Assembly: GCA_963786955.1 (NCBI GenBank)
Contig: CAWBAT010000006.1
Coordinates: 1-64,000 of the forward strand
Source of the DNA: an uncultured Acidimicrobiia bacterium
GTDB lineage: Bacteria > Acidobacteriota > Terriglobia > Versatilivoradales > Versatilivoraceae
Reading direction: 5' to 3'
Length of the DNA stretch: 64,000 nucleotides
The position numbers and the translations under genes are program-made. The notes below the pieces were generated by a model that had not been told where the DNA came from, searched no databases, and worked only from the letters and a program-made list of their open reading frames with translations. Shown here one piece after another: positions 1-10,945 of the stretch. Every line of letters begins with the position of its first letter. Positions within the stretch are counted from its first letter, which is position 1.

Positions 1-139
1 GGAGAAGGCGATTAACTGTTACCAAGAGAAATTTGAATTCTGAGGCGGAGAGAAGAGAAAAACCAAATCAGGTTAAAAAAGCTAGGGTAATATATTTCCT
101 CAAATTATGCAGATTTACCTAAAAAAAAGAGAGGCGGAA

Positions 140-1451
140 ATGAGCCGGAAGATCTTCACAGCCGTATTGACTATTCTAATTCTCTTCATGACGGGAACTG
201 GATTTAGCGAGAAAAAGGAAGATTTCCATTATTATACAAAAGCCCGAATTGAGCCTGCTTTGCATAGGCTTGAGGCCGAAGTCTGGATTCAAAATCCTCC
301 TTCTTCTCATTTCTATTTGCAGAAAGGATTTGCCCTCCGGCAAGCAACCGTTGAAGGGAAAGCCGTGAGATTTCATCCCGATGCATCCGCTGCACCCTCT
401 ATGTTTGCTCAGTTGGGCACTCCCACGGTGGTGGAAGCCGAGAACCCTCACCAACTCTATTTAAGATATGATGGAGAAATTAAAGAGGCCATTTGGGAAT
501 GCAATATGATTGGACCTGATTTGGCTGAGTTGGCACTTTACTCAGCCTGGTTTCCACTTTTCGAGGGGTGGAAAGAATTCAGTTTTGAAATGGAGATCAA
601 CACACCTGTCTCCTATCTGACAACTACCAATGGCCAACTCCAAAAGCAATGGAAAGAAGCAGGCCGCACCATCACTTCGTGGACATCCTACGCCCCCGGG
701 ATAGATATGGTATTGTTTGCCTCTCCTCGTCTGCGCCAGCTGAAAGGGGAGATCAAGGACTTTCAAGCGGAGGTCTATTATGATCGTCTTTCCACGGACG
801 TGATGAAACCCATGATGGAGCGGCTGTTGAAATCAATGGAGCGGCTTTCCAGCTTATACGGCCCACCTCAGGTGAAAGGAATGATGCGGCTGGTTTACTC
901 TCCCCGCAATGGCCAGGGATATTCCCGGATTCCTCTGATCATTGTCTCTGAAGAGCGAACCAAGCAGAAACTGAGCGAGCCATTCGGGGAAGCCAGGGAT
1001 TTCGGTCACAATTGTCATGAGCTGGCCCATTTCTGGTGGATGCTGGTTGATCCCAACACCCCGGATGATTGGATCAATGAGGGACTGGCCGAGTTTTCCG
1101 CTTTCCGTATTTCTGAGGAAATATTCGGCAAAGTCTTTGCTGAAATGCGCATCGGGGAATACCGGCAGAACGCCAGCGAAAGCAAGACCTCTGATTCCAT
1201 TGCCGAGACGGAGCAGTCATCTCCCCGACCGCGAAGTCAACCGTTATTACAAAACCACTTTGATGTTCCTGGAAGCGCAACGCCGATTTGGGGCCGAACC
1301 GTTGGATAAGGTCCTCAGCGCACTCTATGCCCGGTTTGCGGGGAATCATCAAGCCACTACTGCCCTGTTTTTGGAAGAAGTGGAACGGCAAATGGGAAAA
1401 GAGGCCCGGACTTTCTTCCGGGAAACCCTCTATCGGAAAAACGCTAAGTGA
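140..1451 (+). CDS. M1/gluzincin-family metallopeptidase with signal peptide (one frameshift near 1230)
   Basis: HELAH zinc motif followed by WINEGLAEF; hydrophobic N-terminus; GAGG-like SD before ATG 140. The C-terminus (RYYKTTLMFLEAQRRFG...) continues in the 1017..1451 frame. Confidence 0.8.
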
Positions 1452-1482
1452 ATCTCATGATGACACTGCTGGAAAATACAAT

Positions 1483-1567
1483 AGCCACGGATGAACGCGG
1501 ATCAAACGCCGATTAATAAGAAACCATTCCAAAATTCATCCGCGCAAATCCGCGTTAATCCGCGGCT
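1483..1567. repeat. Intergenic imperfect inverted repeat (CCACGGATGAACGCGGAT type, REP-like)
   Basis: agccacggatgaacgcggat... pairs with ...atccgcgttaatccgcggct around an AT-rich spacer, just downstream of a stop codon. Confidence 0.7.
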
Positions 1568-1645
1568 GGAAAATCAAACCCGAGAATTTCATTTTCAGTG
1601 ACAATAGCAAAAGGAAAATATTTTCGACCGAGCCCACTTCACCGG

Positions 1646-1663
1646 GTCCGTCAGCTGACGGAC
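1646..1663. repeat. Perfect 18-bp palindrome GTCCGTCAGCTGACGGAC
   Basis: Self-complementary sequence read directly in the intergenic region. Confidence 0.6.
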
Positions 1664-1846
1664 AGAAGGGCGCACTGGCCAGTGAGCGGGAAAAGCTCTC
1701 CGGCAGGTTCCTGAACAGAATCTCCGCATCCATTTTCATGAAACAGGCTACAATATGGCAACGCACGGGATGGTAGGACTCCCTTTGGTTAACTGGTGAA
1801 ATGCGAGGTCCACTTCCCCCCGCTCAAAAAACCCGTGTAATCCTGG

Positions 1847-2766
1847 ATGAAGAGGATTTTCGGAGTTGACTACCAAGCCAGTCTCCAATCTTGGGCTTCT
1901 GGTCCGGTTGATCCTGGAATCGTTGCTGTGTCTTTTGCGGCGGTCTTCATCCGTTGCGCCCAGGCCAACGCCATGCCGGTACTGGCAATTGCTGCCTGGC
2001 GCCTGGTTTTTGCATGCGCAGTATTGCTTCCCTATGCCTGGACTACCTGCCGGGCTGAACTCTTCTAATCTCGCAAAAGGATTTGTGGCTGATGGCATAT
2101 TCAGGCGTCTTCCTGGGCCTGCACTTTGCCTCCTGGATCGCCTCATTGGGCTTCACCTCGGTTGCCAGTTCCGTGGTGCTGGTTTCGATGGGGCCCCTCT
2201 TCGTCGCGCTTGGCTCCTGGCTTTTTCTGCGAGAAATGCCCACCCGCAAAATCATCCTCGGCTTGGTGTTGGCAGCCATTGGCAGCCTCTTGATCGGCAG
2301 CGGCGATTTAGGAAGGGGAAGCCATCAACTCCTGGGAGACCTGCTGGCATTGGCAGGCGCGGTCTTTGTAGCTGGTTACCTCCTCGTCGGTCGTAAAATC
2401 CGGGCCGGTCGATCGCTGGTGGCGTACATCGCCCCAGTGTATGGTATCGCAATGCTCACGTTGCTCGTAGTTGTGATGATTGCGCGCCAGCCGATGTTTG
2501 GATTCACCCTTGCTGCCTACGTTTGGGCGCTGGCCTTGGGATTGTTGCCTCAGCTCATCGGCCATTCCACACTGAACTGGGCTTTGGCGCACCTTTCCGC
2601 GGCCTTTGTAGCTGTCGTCACCTTGGCTGAACCCATTGGGTCCAGCCTCTTAGCCTGGGGATTCTTGGGGGAGCAGATCAGCAGGCAGACGGCTCTTGGA
2701 GCCATTCCAATCCTCGCGGGGATTTTCATCGCATCCCGGGCGGAGCTGAATTCCAAAAACAAATAG
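1847..2766 (+). CDS. DMT/EamA family transporter (frameshift near 2065)
   Basis: ORFs 1847..2068 and 2083..2766 join into a multi-TM protein with EamA-like motifs (LHFASWIASL, GDLLALAGA, QLIGHSTLNWAL, LAEPI). Confidence 0.85.
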
Positions 2767-2808
2767 GCCCAACCCAGGACACACCTGCTACACAAAGCAG
2801 CAAAAACA

Positions 2809-2850
2809 GAAAGGGGCGGTTCGTCCTTGTCGAATCGCCCCTTTCTTTTT
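2809..2850. terminator. Rho-independent terminator, probably bidirectional
   Basis: aaggggcggttcg-loop-cgaatcgcccctt followed by tcttttt and preceded by an A-rich run; lies between convergent genes. Confidence 0.75.
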
Positions 2851-3029
2851 CCCCACGCCTATTTCATGATAGACCCACCAGCTACCGGTTCGTGTTGTTT
2901 GCTACACTGGAGTGCTTCGTGTCACTGGGCCAAAAGCGCGAAGTGCCAACGAGCGATCAGCCAAGCTTTCCTGCCGTTGTCGTTTCTTACCCTGCTCCTC
3001 CCATCACTATCCACTATCCACTGTTTCCC

Positions 3030-3595
3030 TTACTTACTCGGCCGACTGGCGGGAGGAATGATCCCATTCATGCGGCGTAAACCACCATTTGGCCATAATG
3101 ATCAAAGCTGTGCCAAACGATAAGGTCCGCTAAAAAGAGCTTCTTTGGCTTCCCCCAGGGAACCGCCACTTCCTGGGTCAAGTTTGTTTCATTCAGCTTT
3201 GCCATCGCTTTATGGGCATAAGCAAAAGATTCCTTGAGGTACTTGATGATGTCATCCTTTGTTTTGAGTGTGGCGGGCCCATTCTCATCTTTGCCCGGGT
3301 CGCTGGGGGAAGGCTCTCCAATGAGGCGAGATGCCATCGTGTAGATCACCGCCGCGGTGTGTGAAATCTGCTGACCAAAGGTCCGAACCCCTTTGAATTC
3401 ACCTCCAGTGGGAGCAAACGAAAATTTCTCGGCTGGCATTGCTTCAGCCAGTGGCACAAATTCACTTTCCAGCATGCCAATTTCCCCATCGATCACCTTT
3501 GCAACGGGGGACAACTCTGGCCCGGCCGCTATCAAGGGTACGGCTAAAACAAGCATGGAAAAAACGAACAAACTGATGCAGCACATCCTTTTCAT
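3030..3595 (-). CDS. DinB family protein with signal peptide (frameshift near 3075)
   Basis: LAEAMPAEKFSFAP, VRTFGQQISH and HSFDHYGQMVVY motifs. The typical tail RMNGIIPPASRPSK* continues in another frame to TAA at 3030. Confidence 0.85.
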
Positions 3596-3857
3596 CGTAA
3601 AGTCTCCTTTCAAGTTGGCATATTCCAATCTGGGTGTATAAATTATATGGAAGGATGGCCTGTCTTCCAAGGGACAATTCTACCTGGTTGGATAGGCATG
3701 GAACATTTCATTCAATTGCCGTACCATCATCAAGGGCGGTAAATTCTTGTCAACGTACTTTTTCCAGATCAGGGACGAGGTTGGAGGCTGCAAACAATCT
3801 CCCACTTCGTTGCCAATAACTCGTCTCTCGTCACTTTTCAATTAGGGGTACCAGATA

Positions 3858-4841
3858 ATGATAAAACGTACGCTAGGCAAGCAAGGTCTCGAGGTTTCCA
3901 TGCTCGGTTTGGGTTGTATGGGGATGAGTTGGTCCTATGGAGTCGCGGACGAACAGGAGTCGATCGCCACGATTCACCGCGCCATCGATTTGGGCATCGA
4001 TTTTTTCGATACGGCAGAAGTCTATGGTCCATACAAAAATGAAGAGCTTTTGGGAAAGGCGCTCAAAGGCCGCCGGGAAAAAGTAATTATTGCCACCAAG
4101 TTCGGATGGCACATAGAAGACGGTAAAATTGCGGGGACGGATAGTCGGCCAGAACATGTGAAAGAGGTAGCCGAGGCCTCACTTCGCCGTCTCTGCACGG
4201 ATACCATCGACCTTTTTTATCAGCACCGCGTCGATCCCGCGGTCCCGATTGAAGAAACCGTGAGTGCCATGTCAGAGCTGGTGAAAGAGGGGAAAGTGCG
4301 TTTTCTTGGATTATCGGAAGCCAGCGAAACTACCATTCGCCAAGCGCACGCAGTACACCCGCTAACGGCACTCCAAAGTGAATACTCGCTTTGGGAACGC
4401 AACCTGGAACCCCGAATCATCCCGGCATTGCGGGAACTGGGAATTGGGTTGGTGCCGTTCAGCCCGCTAGGCCGAGGTTTTCTGACGGGGACAGCCAAGC
4501 CAGCCGAGGAATATCCTGAAGGGGATTATCGGCGGGGGGACCCGCGTTTCCAAGGGGAAAACTTCCAGGCGAACATGCACGCAGCCTCTATTGTTCGCGA
4601 GATCGCTGTTCGCAATGACGCAACATCTGCTCAAGTTGCATTAGCCTGGTTGCTTCATAAGGGAGCTGACATCGTCCCGATCCCTGGAACGAAACGGAGA
4701 ATTTACCTGGAAGAAAATATCCGTGCGACAACGCTGGAGCTCAATTTTAACGACCTGGAATTACTCGACAAAGCACTTTCCCCCGGAACCGTCGCAGGCC
4801 TTCGCTACAATTCACGGATGATGGGATTCATCGACCGTTGA
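3858..4841 (+). CDS. Aldo/keto reductase
   Basis: [45 protein letters not shown] and PIPGTK motifs. Confidence 0.95.
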   Translation: MIKRTLGKQGLEVSMLGLGCMGMSWSYGVADEQESIATIHRAIDLGIDFFDTAEVYGPYKNEELLGKALKGRREKVIIATKFGWHIEDGKIAGTDSRPEHVKEVAEASLRRLCTDTIDLFYQHRVDPAVPIEETVSAMSELVKEGKVRFLGLSEASETTIRQAHAVHPLTALQSEYSLWERNLEPRIIPALRELGIGLVPFSPLGRGFLTGTAKPAEEYPEGDYRRGDPRFQGENFQANMHAASIVREIAVRNDATSAQVALAWLLHKGADIVPIPGTKRRIYLEENIRATTLELNFNDLELLDKALSPGTVAGLRYNSRMMGFIDR

Positions 4842-4865
4842 CTTCGTCTTCACGAGGAGATTGAT

Positions 4866-5666
4866 ATGATTTGGCGCGATATTCAGCGGATTCGCGCGGA
4901 AGCGCCACTCGTTCACAACATTACCAACTATGTTGTTATGAACACGACCGCTAATGCTCTGCTGGCCCTCGGCGCTTCCCCCGTGATGGCCCATGCCATC
5001 GAGGAGGTGGAAGAAATGGTGAGTCATGCCCGGGCACTGGTAATCAACATCGGGACCTTGAGCGCCACCTGGGTGGAAGCCATGGTAAAAGCCGGGCAAG
5101 AGGCCAAACATAGAGGGATTCCAATAATCCTGGATCCGGTGGGGAGTGGAGCAACCCAATTCCGCACCGCCGTTGCACAAAGGTTGCTTCGCGAGATTTC
5201 ACCCACGATTGTTCGCGGCAACGCCTCAGAGATCAGATCTCTGATCCTTCCAGGGCATGGCACCAAAGGAGTCGATAGCACACACAACCCTGAAGAGATT
5301 CGCGAAGAGGCTCGAGAGCTTTCCATATCCCGCCAATGTGTCGTGTCGGTTAGCGGTCCCACCGACCTGATTGTGGCCAGGGATTCCCTGATCCGGATCT
5401 CGAATGGCCACTCCATGATGCCGCGGATTACCGGGCTGGGCTGCACTGCCACGGCGCTAACGGGGGCGTTTGCCTCCGTGAATCCCTCGCCATTGCAGGC
5501 GGCTGCGCACGCCATGGCAGTCATGGGAATAGCCGGCGAAATGGCCGCCGAACGCGCCGTTGGCCCGGGTAGTTTCCAGATGCATTTTTTGGATGCTCTT
5601 CACCTTCTCCGGGAATCCGACATTGAATTACGATTAAAAATGGATACGGCCAAAGATTTTGGGTAA
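4866..5666 (+). CDS. thiM: Hydroxyethylthiazole kinase
   Basis: PLVHNITNYVVMNTTANALLALGASPVMA, LVINIGTL, LDPVGSGAT, RGNASEI and ITGLGC motifs. Confidence 0.95.
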   Translation: MIWRDIQRIRAEAPLVHNITNYVVMNTTANALLALGASPVMAHAIEEVEEMVSHARALVINIGTLSATWVEAMVKAGQEAKHRGIPIILDPVGSGATQFRTAVAQRLLREISPTIVRGNASEIRSLILPGHGTKGVDSTHNPEEIREEARELSISRQCVVSVSGPTDLIVARDSLIRISNGHSMMPRITGLGCTATALTGAFASVNPSPLQAAAHAMAVMGIAGEMAAERAVGPGSFQMHFLDALHLLRESDIELRLKMDTAKDFG

Positions 5667-6201
5667 GAGGACACGCGGTATTGGACCGGACCGTATTTTC
5701 GTGGTCTCTCTTTTTAACTGGAAAGAAAAAACCAGAGAGATCAGCTTGACTTTCGCGAATGTAGGGCTTGACGATAACAAGGAATATCTGTTGTATGAAT
5801 TCTGGAACCGGAAATTCCTCGGCGTCCATAGCGGCACATTTTCATCCCAGATCGATGCACATTCAAATCTTCTGCTGGCCATTCACGAACAATTGAATCG
5901 TCCTCAGTTTCTTTCCACCAACCGGTATGTTTCCCAAGGCGGAGCGGAGTTGAATGCGGAAGAGTGGAATCCGGCAGAAGGTGAGCTGGCGTGTGGATTC
6001 AAACTCGTAAAAAACGATCTATTGACTGCCCGCATATATGCTCCCGCATCTTTCAAATTCATGAGCGCCCGGGCCGAGGGAGCCACCATTGAGAGCATTT
6101 CAAACCAGGCTCCCCCCACAATCTCCTTCGTCCTTCGTCGTTCCACTTCCGGTGAAGGCAAATTGTTTTTGACTTTTGACAATTCATCCGAGAAAAGATA
6201 A
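5659..6201 (+). pseudogene. C-terminal remnant of an alpha-galactosidase-like glycoside hydrolase
   Basis: VVSLFNW...YLLYEFW...RPQFLSTNRYVSQG resembles the C-terminal beta domains of GH27/GH36-like enzymes. It has no catalytic barrel and begins abruptly at the thiM stop. Confidence 0.5.
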
Positions 6202-6272
6202 AGCGCGCTTGCCTGTAAATCAATACACTCTGGCACTGATCTTGTTTGCGGTAATTTTGAACGCTCTACTAA

Positions 6273-6558
6273 AGCTTTGTTGGACGCATTATTGAGAGCC
6301 AGAAGCTGCAGAAAGTCTCCGGTTGGAAAGCTGAATGGGGGCGGCGTGTACGCGAGCTTCGCGATGAGGAGGGGTGGTGCATTCTCTCCCACAAAGACCG
6401 TTCTGATCTCAAGCCGGGACAATACTTGCTTGAGAATTTTAAGAGAAGACCGCCTTCCATAGAACCATAACCAAAGGAATTCGGGCATGTGTGTCGGAAC
6501 GAAATGGATATACCTGCCAGATTTCTGGATTGGCTGCTGGCAATATAGCTCCATGGTC
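6273..6558 (+). pseudogene. Degenerate HNH endonuclease (restriction-enzyme-like) fragment
   Basis: Manual translation gives FVGRIIESQKLQKVSGWKAEWGRRVRELRDEEGWCILSHKDRSDLKPGQYLL, then after a shift RTITKGIRACVSERNGYTCQISGLAAG. No start codon; it ends at a REP element before the HNH motif. Confidence 0.7.
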
Positions 6559-6567
6559 TAAGTCAGC

Positions 6568-6642
6568 CGGGAGGGCAAGGCTCCCGCCGAGCCGGGGCCT
6601 GTCCCGCATGCACGATGGCTCGCCAGAAGGCTCGCCCTCCCC
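6568..6642. repeat. REP-like palindromic element (GGGAGGGC..GGCTCC..CCGA / GGCTCGCCCTCCC), copy 1
   Basis: gggagggcaaggctcccgccgagcc ... ggctcgccagaaggctcgccctccc forms an imperfect hairpin; a second copy lies at about 10795-10890. Confidence 0.75.
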
Positions 6643-6963
6643 TCGGGCCGCGATCTTCCGCCTTTGCCGTGGCTCCAGAGGCCGTCCCACAATACAATCG
6701 AATCAGGAAAGGGGAGGCAAATTGACGAAATAGAATTATGAATGATTCCTTTTTTCAACCTCGTGAATTCCCCTTCCTGGCACAGCCCAAATGGGTTTCC
6801 GGATAGCATGTCTCAGCATCGCTCCGCAAAATGTCCGTGATATAGATATAATCTGAGTCCGATTGAACTAATACTCTTGAATTCCATGCATAAGGGCATT
6901 TCCCGCCATGTTTATAAATTCCATTCTCATTCGAGGGCTCAGGTCCCCCCAAAGGAGTTTCTC

Positions 6964-7684
6964 ATGAATAAAAAATCCAAATCCGCGGTAACACTCTTTG
7001 TTTTTATCATTACTTTTTATCCTGGCATCGTCATGGACGTTTTTCGCCAAGGAGTACTGGGAAACAAAAGCGTATCGACAGTGGAACGAACAGGAGGCAA
7101 TGGCAATGCTGACCAATTCCCCCTGGACAAGACCAACCGTTCTCCCGGGTAATTATGGCGGCATCGCCACGCCACGGGTCTTCCGCCGGGGGGGCCCAAA
7201 TAGCGGCGGTGATTTGATCAAGAGCCAGGGATTCGGCGGAAGTGATTCGTCCCTCTTTACATTCGATGGTTTTCCTCAACCAAGGTTCGTGAGGCAATGT
7301 GCCGAATGACCCAATTGCGGGGGGCATTGACAGAAGAACAAGCCGCGCAGTTCCTCAAACAGCCGATGCCCGACTATGCAATTGGCATCAGCAGTCCGGG
7401 GATTGAGCCCTTTAATCAGCTGACTTTTGACACGGTCAAATCCGCGACATTTCTCCTCTCGAAAAAGGACAAAAGCAAAAAGATCGAGCTCAAAAGCTAT
7501 GTCCCACCCAAAGATCGGCAGGATAATTTCGCGGTTTACATGTTTCCCAAGAGTATTGACGGAAAGCCCACTATCGAATTAGCTGACGATGAGATCATCT
7601 TTGTCACTCAAGTCGGGTAAATCCAAAGTGCAGGGAAATTTCAAGCTGGTCCGGATGATGGTGGATGGCAATTTGGATTTATGA
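6964..7684 (+). CDS. Secreted hypothetical protein (several frameshifts)
   Basis: AGGAG SD before ATG 6964 and a signal peptide. Segments EYWETKAYRQWNEQEAMAMLTNSPW, FAVYMFPKSIDGKP and KFKLVRMMVDGNLDL* lie in successive frames. Confidence 0.6.
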
Positions 7685-7936
7685 TCTGGGCTGGCTGGCA
7701 AAAGATCCAGGATACTGAGCACTTAATTTTTCAGAAATAAAACCGCACGGCGAGCAGGTGGTGTTCCGCGGAGCGCACAAATCCAGCTGCACTCAGCAGA
7801 ATCCGATTCATTGGGAGAGGAATGAGGAAGCGCTCCAAATGAAAGGCCTCCGGAGCGTATAAAGCCGGGCCACAGTTTTACACGGACCCAGGACTTCCCG
7901 CCTGCCGCTCCCGGTACATCAGCTTGAACCACGGGT

Positions 7937-10090
7937 TCAGGCGGGGATTGCAGCCGCTTTTTTCACTCGTTCGCGATTCATCGGCAGTTGGAAGATCCTC
8001 ACGCCAATGGCATCATGAATCGCGTTGGCAATCACGGCACCCATACAGATAATCGCAGGCTCTCCACCGCCATGCGCAGGCGCGTCATCCGCTTTGACAA
8101 TCACCGTCTCAATTTTCGGCAGCCAGGAAAAATGAGGAATTTCGTAGGTGTCAAAATTCTTGTCAAGAATCTTGCCGCCTTTAAAGCGGATGTGCTCGGC
8201 CAACGCATATCCAAGGCCCATGGTGACACATCCTTCTATTTGGATCCTGGCGCCTTCGGGGTTGATCACCAGGCCCATGTCCTGGGCGCATACCACGCGC
8301 TTCACCTGAACGTGCCCGGTTTCTCTATCCACTTCAACCTCGGCAATATGGGCCACATAACTGTCCGAATCGATCCCGCAGGCCACTCCAAGGCCACGGC
8401 CGCTGGGGCTCTTGGCCGGAGTCCAGCCGAATTTCTCGGCGGCGGTTTTCAGAACCCGGATCATTCTCTCGTCTTTCAGGTTCTGGAGGCGAAATTCCAC
8501 CGGGTCAATTCCAGCTTTGGAGGCAAGGATATCAATCTGCGACTCTCTGGCAAACGTGTTGGTATTGACGGCCGGCCCTCGCCAGGCCCCCGTACCAAAC
8601 GGATGTGGATTGGGCCCTCCGCCAAAACCGCCACCAGCGCTGATTGTTCGATGGTTTGGGATATCGTAAAAATGCCGGGCGCCTCGGTCTCCCGCAAAAA
8701 AAACGTTGTAATCCCAGAGCACAATTTTTCCGGACTTCGTAATTCCTGATTTTATTTTGACCACCGCCGCGGGACGGAACGTATCATAAAAAAATTCTTC
8801 TTCCCGCGTCCAGGTCACTTGGACCGGCGTTCCGCTCAATTTCGCCAGACGGGCAGCTTCCACGGCTTGTTGTCCGGGATTCTTTCCACCGAATCCTCCT
8901 CCAACAAACGGAGTGATCACCCGGACGTCAGCGGGAGCAAAACCAATGGCCTCCGCAATCCGGTCTTTGATGGTGAAAGGCGCCTGTGTCGACACCCAGA
9001 CCGTCATTTTATTACCTTCTGCGTGAGCCAAAGCCGTGTGGGTCTCGATGGGAGCGTGAGCAACATATCCATCCAGATACTTTTCTTCCACTACGACTTC
9101 AGCCAACTGCGCTCCACTCTCCAGGCTGCCACCCTTGGCTACCTCATTCCCTTTTCCGGAATTGGCCAGCAAATGTTCGAAAATTGTCTCATCGTCAACC
9201 TTGGCCTCCGGCTCGTCAAAGTTGGCTCTGACTTTTTCCAACGCAGCTCCACCTTCATCGAAATTCTTGTGGAGAACGGCGATCAGATCGCCATCTCGAA
9301 TTACGGAAGCGCCCGGGACTTGTTCAGCTGCCGAAATGTCAACATTCTTTAGCTTGGCTCCGTGCGCGGGAGGCCTCACAATCCTAGCGTAGAGCATGCC
9401 GGGAAGACGAATATCTCCCGCATACTTGGCTTGGCCCGTGACTTTCTCCAGAGCATCGCGCCGCAAGAACTCTTTGCCCATAACTTTGAACTCGGCGGGA
9501 GTTTTCAAAGCTGGTTTCAGTTTCGCGTTCCGTATGATGGTTTTGCCTTCGGCGAGCTGAGCATAGGTGACTCGTTTTTCCTTGCGGCTCTTATCGAAGA
9601 TCACTCCATTATCCGCGGTCAATTTGTCAGGAGTGGTGGCGAGTCGTTCGGCGGCCAACTCTATTAATACAGACCGGGCTTCCGCTCCAGCAGCCCTTAA
9701 AGGAGGACCAAAGAAGCGGGTGCTCATCGAGCCAAAGGTCCCCATATCCCAGGGACAAACCGAGGTATCCCCCATGATCATGACGACTGAATCCATGTTG
9801 ACGTCAAGCTCATCGGCTAGCATCTGCGCCAACGAGGTGATGACCCCCTGTCCCATCTCAATCTTCCCGGTAAAGCAAGTGACTTTGCCATCGGCTCCAA
9901 TTTTCAGGTAAGCATTGAAATCCTCCGGATAGCCTCTGCCACGGGTCTGGGCATCCAGCCGAGAGATATCGCCAACCCAGAATAGGACGATGACGCCGCC
10001 GCCCACAGTTTTTAGAAAATCCCGGCGGTTCAGATTGGGGAGCTCAGATATATCACTAAAATCGAGTTCAATATATTCATTCTCTTTCAT
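7937..10090 (-). CDS. Xanthine dehydrogenase family molybdopterin-binding subunit (IorB-like), Tat-type N-terminus
   Basis: NRRDFLK, KIEMGQG, GGGFGGK, AWRGP and GGGEPA motifs; 717 aa; overlaps the 2Fe-2S subunit gene. Confidence 0.93.
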   Translation of the reverse strand: MKENEYIELDFSDISELPNLNRRDFLKTVGGGVIVLFWVGDISRLDAQTRGRGYPEDFNAYLKIGADGKVTCFTGKIEMGQGVITSLAQMLADELDVNMDSVVMIMGDTSVCPWDMGTFGSMSTRFFGPPLRAAGAEARSVLIELAAERLATTPDKLTADNGVIFDKSRKEKRVTYAQLAEGKTIIRNAKLKPALKTPAEFKVMGKEFLRRDALEKVTGQAKYAGDIRLPGMLYARIVRPPAHGAKLKNVDISAAEQVPGASVIRDGDLIAVLHKNFDEGGAALEKVRANFDEPEAKVDDETIFEHLLANSGKGNEVAKGGSLESGAQLAEVVVEEKYLDGYVAHAPIETHTALAHAEGNKMTVWVSTQAPFTIKDRIAEAIGFAPADVRVITPFVGGGFGGKNPGQQAVEAARLAKLSGTPVQVTWTREEEFFYDTFRPAAVVKIKSGITKSGKIVLWDYNVFFAGDRGARHFYDIPNHRTISAGGGFGGGPNPHPFGTGAWRGPAVNTNTFARESQIDILASKAGIDPVEFRLQNLKDERMIRVLKTAAEKFGWTPAKSPSGRGLGVACGIDSDSYVAHIAEVEVDRETGHVQVKRVVCAQDMGLVINPEGARIQIEGCVTMGLGYALAEHIRFKGGKILDKNFDTYEIPHFSWLPKIETVIVKADDAPAHGGGEPAIICMGAVIANAIHDAIGVRIFQLPMNRERVKKAAAIPA

Positions 10091-10569
10091 TTGAAATCAC
10101 CGCCTTTCATTTCTTGGGCTGCCTCTTCAATTGCCTGTACGATGCGCGTATGCGCCCCGCACCTGCATAAGTTGCCTTCCATCCCCTCCAGAATTTGCGC
10201 CCGCGTCACCCGCGGATTTTTCAACAACAGGCCGTAAGCATTCAGTATCATGCCGGGGGTGCAGTAGCCGCATTGAAGGGCATCGTGCTTGATGAAGGCT
10301 TTTTGAAGTGGATGCAGATTGCCGCCACTCCAGAGTCCTTCAATGGTGAGAACTTCTTTCCCCTTGAGCTCTTTTACGGGAAATACACATGAGCGGACCG
10401 CCTTTTTATCGACCAAGACGGTACAGGCGCCGCAATGGGCTTCTCCACACCCAAACTTGGTCCCCGTAAGGCCCAGGTCGGCGCGCAGAACCCACAATAG
10501 AGTGCGCTCGCCCTCTGTTTCCATGCTTACTGGTTTGCCATTCAGCTTAAAAGAAATGGATTTTCTCAT
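10087..10569 (-). CDS. (2Fe-2S)-binding small subunit (IorA/CoxS-like)
   Basis: GTKFGCGEAHCGACTV, QCGYCTPG and NLCRCG cysteine motifs; GGAGG SD. Confidence 0.95.
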   Translation of the reverse strand: MRKSISFKLNGKPVSMETEGERTLLWVLRADLGLTGTKFGCGEAHCGACTVLVDKKAVRSCVFPVKELKGKEVLTIEGLWSGGNLHPLQKAFIKHDALQCGYCTPGMILNAYGLLLKNPRVTRAQILEGMEGNLCRCGAHTRIVQAIEEAAQEMKGGDFK

Positions 10570-10626
10570 GGATAACCTCCTGTCATCAGGAATTCCGTGC
10601 GGACACCGCTCGTTTGATTACAGCTT

Positions 10627-10642
10627 GTCAACAACCGTGCCA
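10627..10642 (-). promoter_or_regulatory. Possible sigma-54-like promoter for the molybdoenzyme operon
   Basis: The minus strand reads TGGCAC-GGTTG-TTGAC. The -24 box is perfect but the -12 box deviates from TTGCW. Confidence 0.3.
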
Positions 10643-10730
10643 GCGCGCTTTGATATGCTTCCTCTAAATCATATGAGAAGTTGAGTATACAATAAAAGAG
10701 AGCGGGGGGGGCACTCTAATCTGGCGAATG

Positions 10731-10945
10731 GGGTGTAATTCAAAGTGCGACAGGGTGAACCAGTCTCGCTGATCGGCTGAACTGAGCAATCGCCGGGAGG
10801 GTGAGGCTCCTGCCGAACCGGTCTGGGTAGAGATGGCACACACGGGTGGCTCGCCAGGCGGAGTCCGCCTAAGCGGGAGGCTCGCCCTCCCGTGCATTCC
10901 ATCCCTTGGCACACTCTCTATCCTGTCGCACTTTGAATTACACCC
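10731..10945. mobile_element. MITE, 215 bp, with perfect 24-bp terminal inverted repeats and a 9-bp target-site duplication
   Basis: GGGTGTAATTCAAAGTGCGACAGG at 10731-10754 and its exact reverse complement at 10922-10945; TGGCGAATG duplicated at 10722-10730 and 10946-10954; no transposase inside. Confidence 0.9.
10795..10890. repeat. REP-like palindromic element, copy 2, inside the MITE
   Basis: gggagggtgaggctcctgccgaacc ... ggctcgccag[gcggagtccgcctaagcgg]gaggctcgccctccc, homologous to 6568-6642. Confidence 0.75.

Noticed and set aside
4842-4866. TPP riboswitch before thiM
   Set aside because: The intergenic gap is only about 25 bp and has no TPP aptamer motifs.
5904-6554. 216-aa minus-strand ORF
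   Set aside because: It has no recognisable motifs and is the antisense shadow of the glycosidase and HNH remnants on the + strand.
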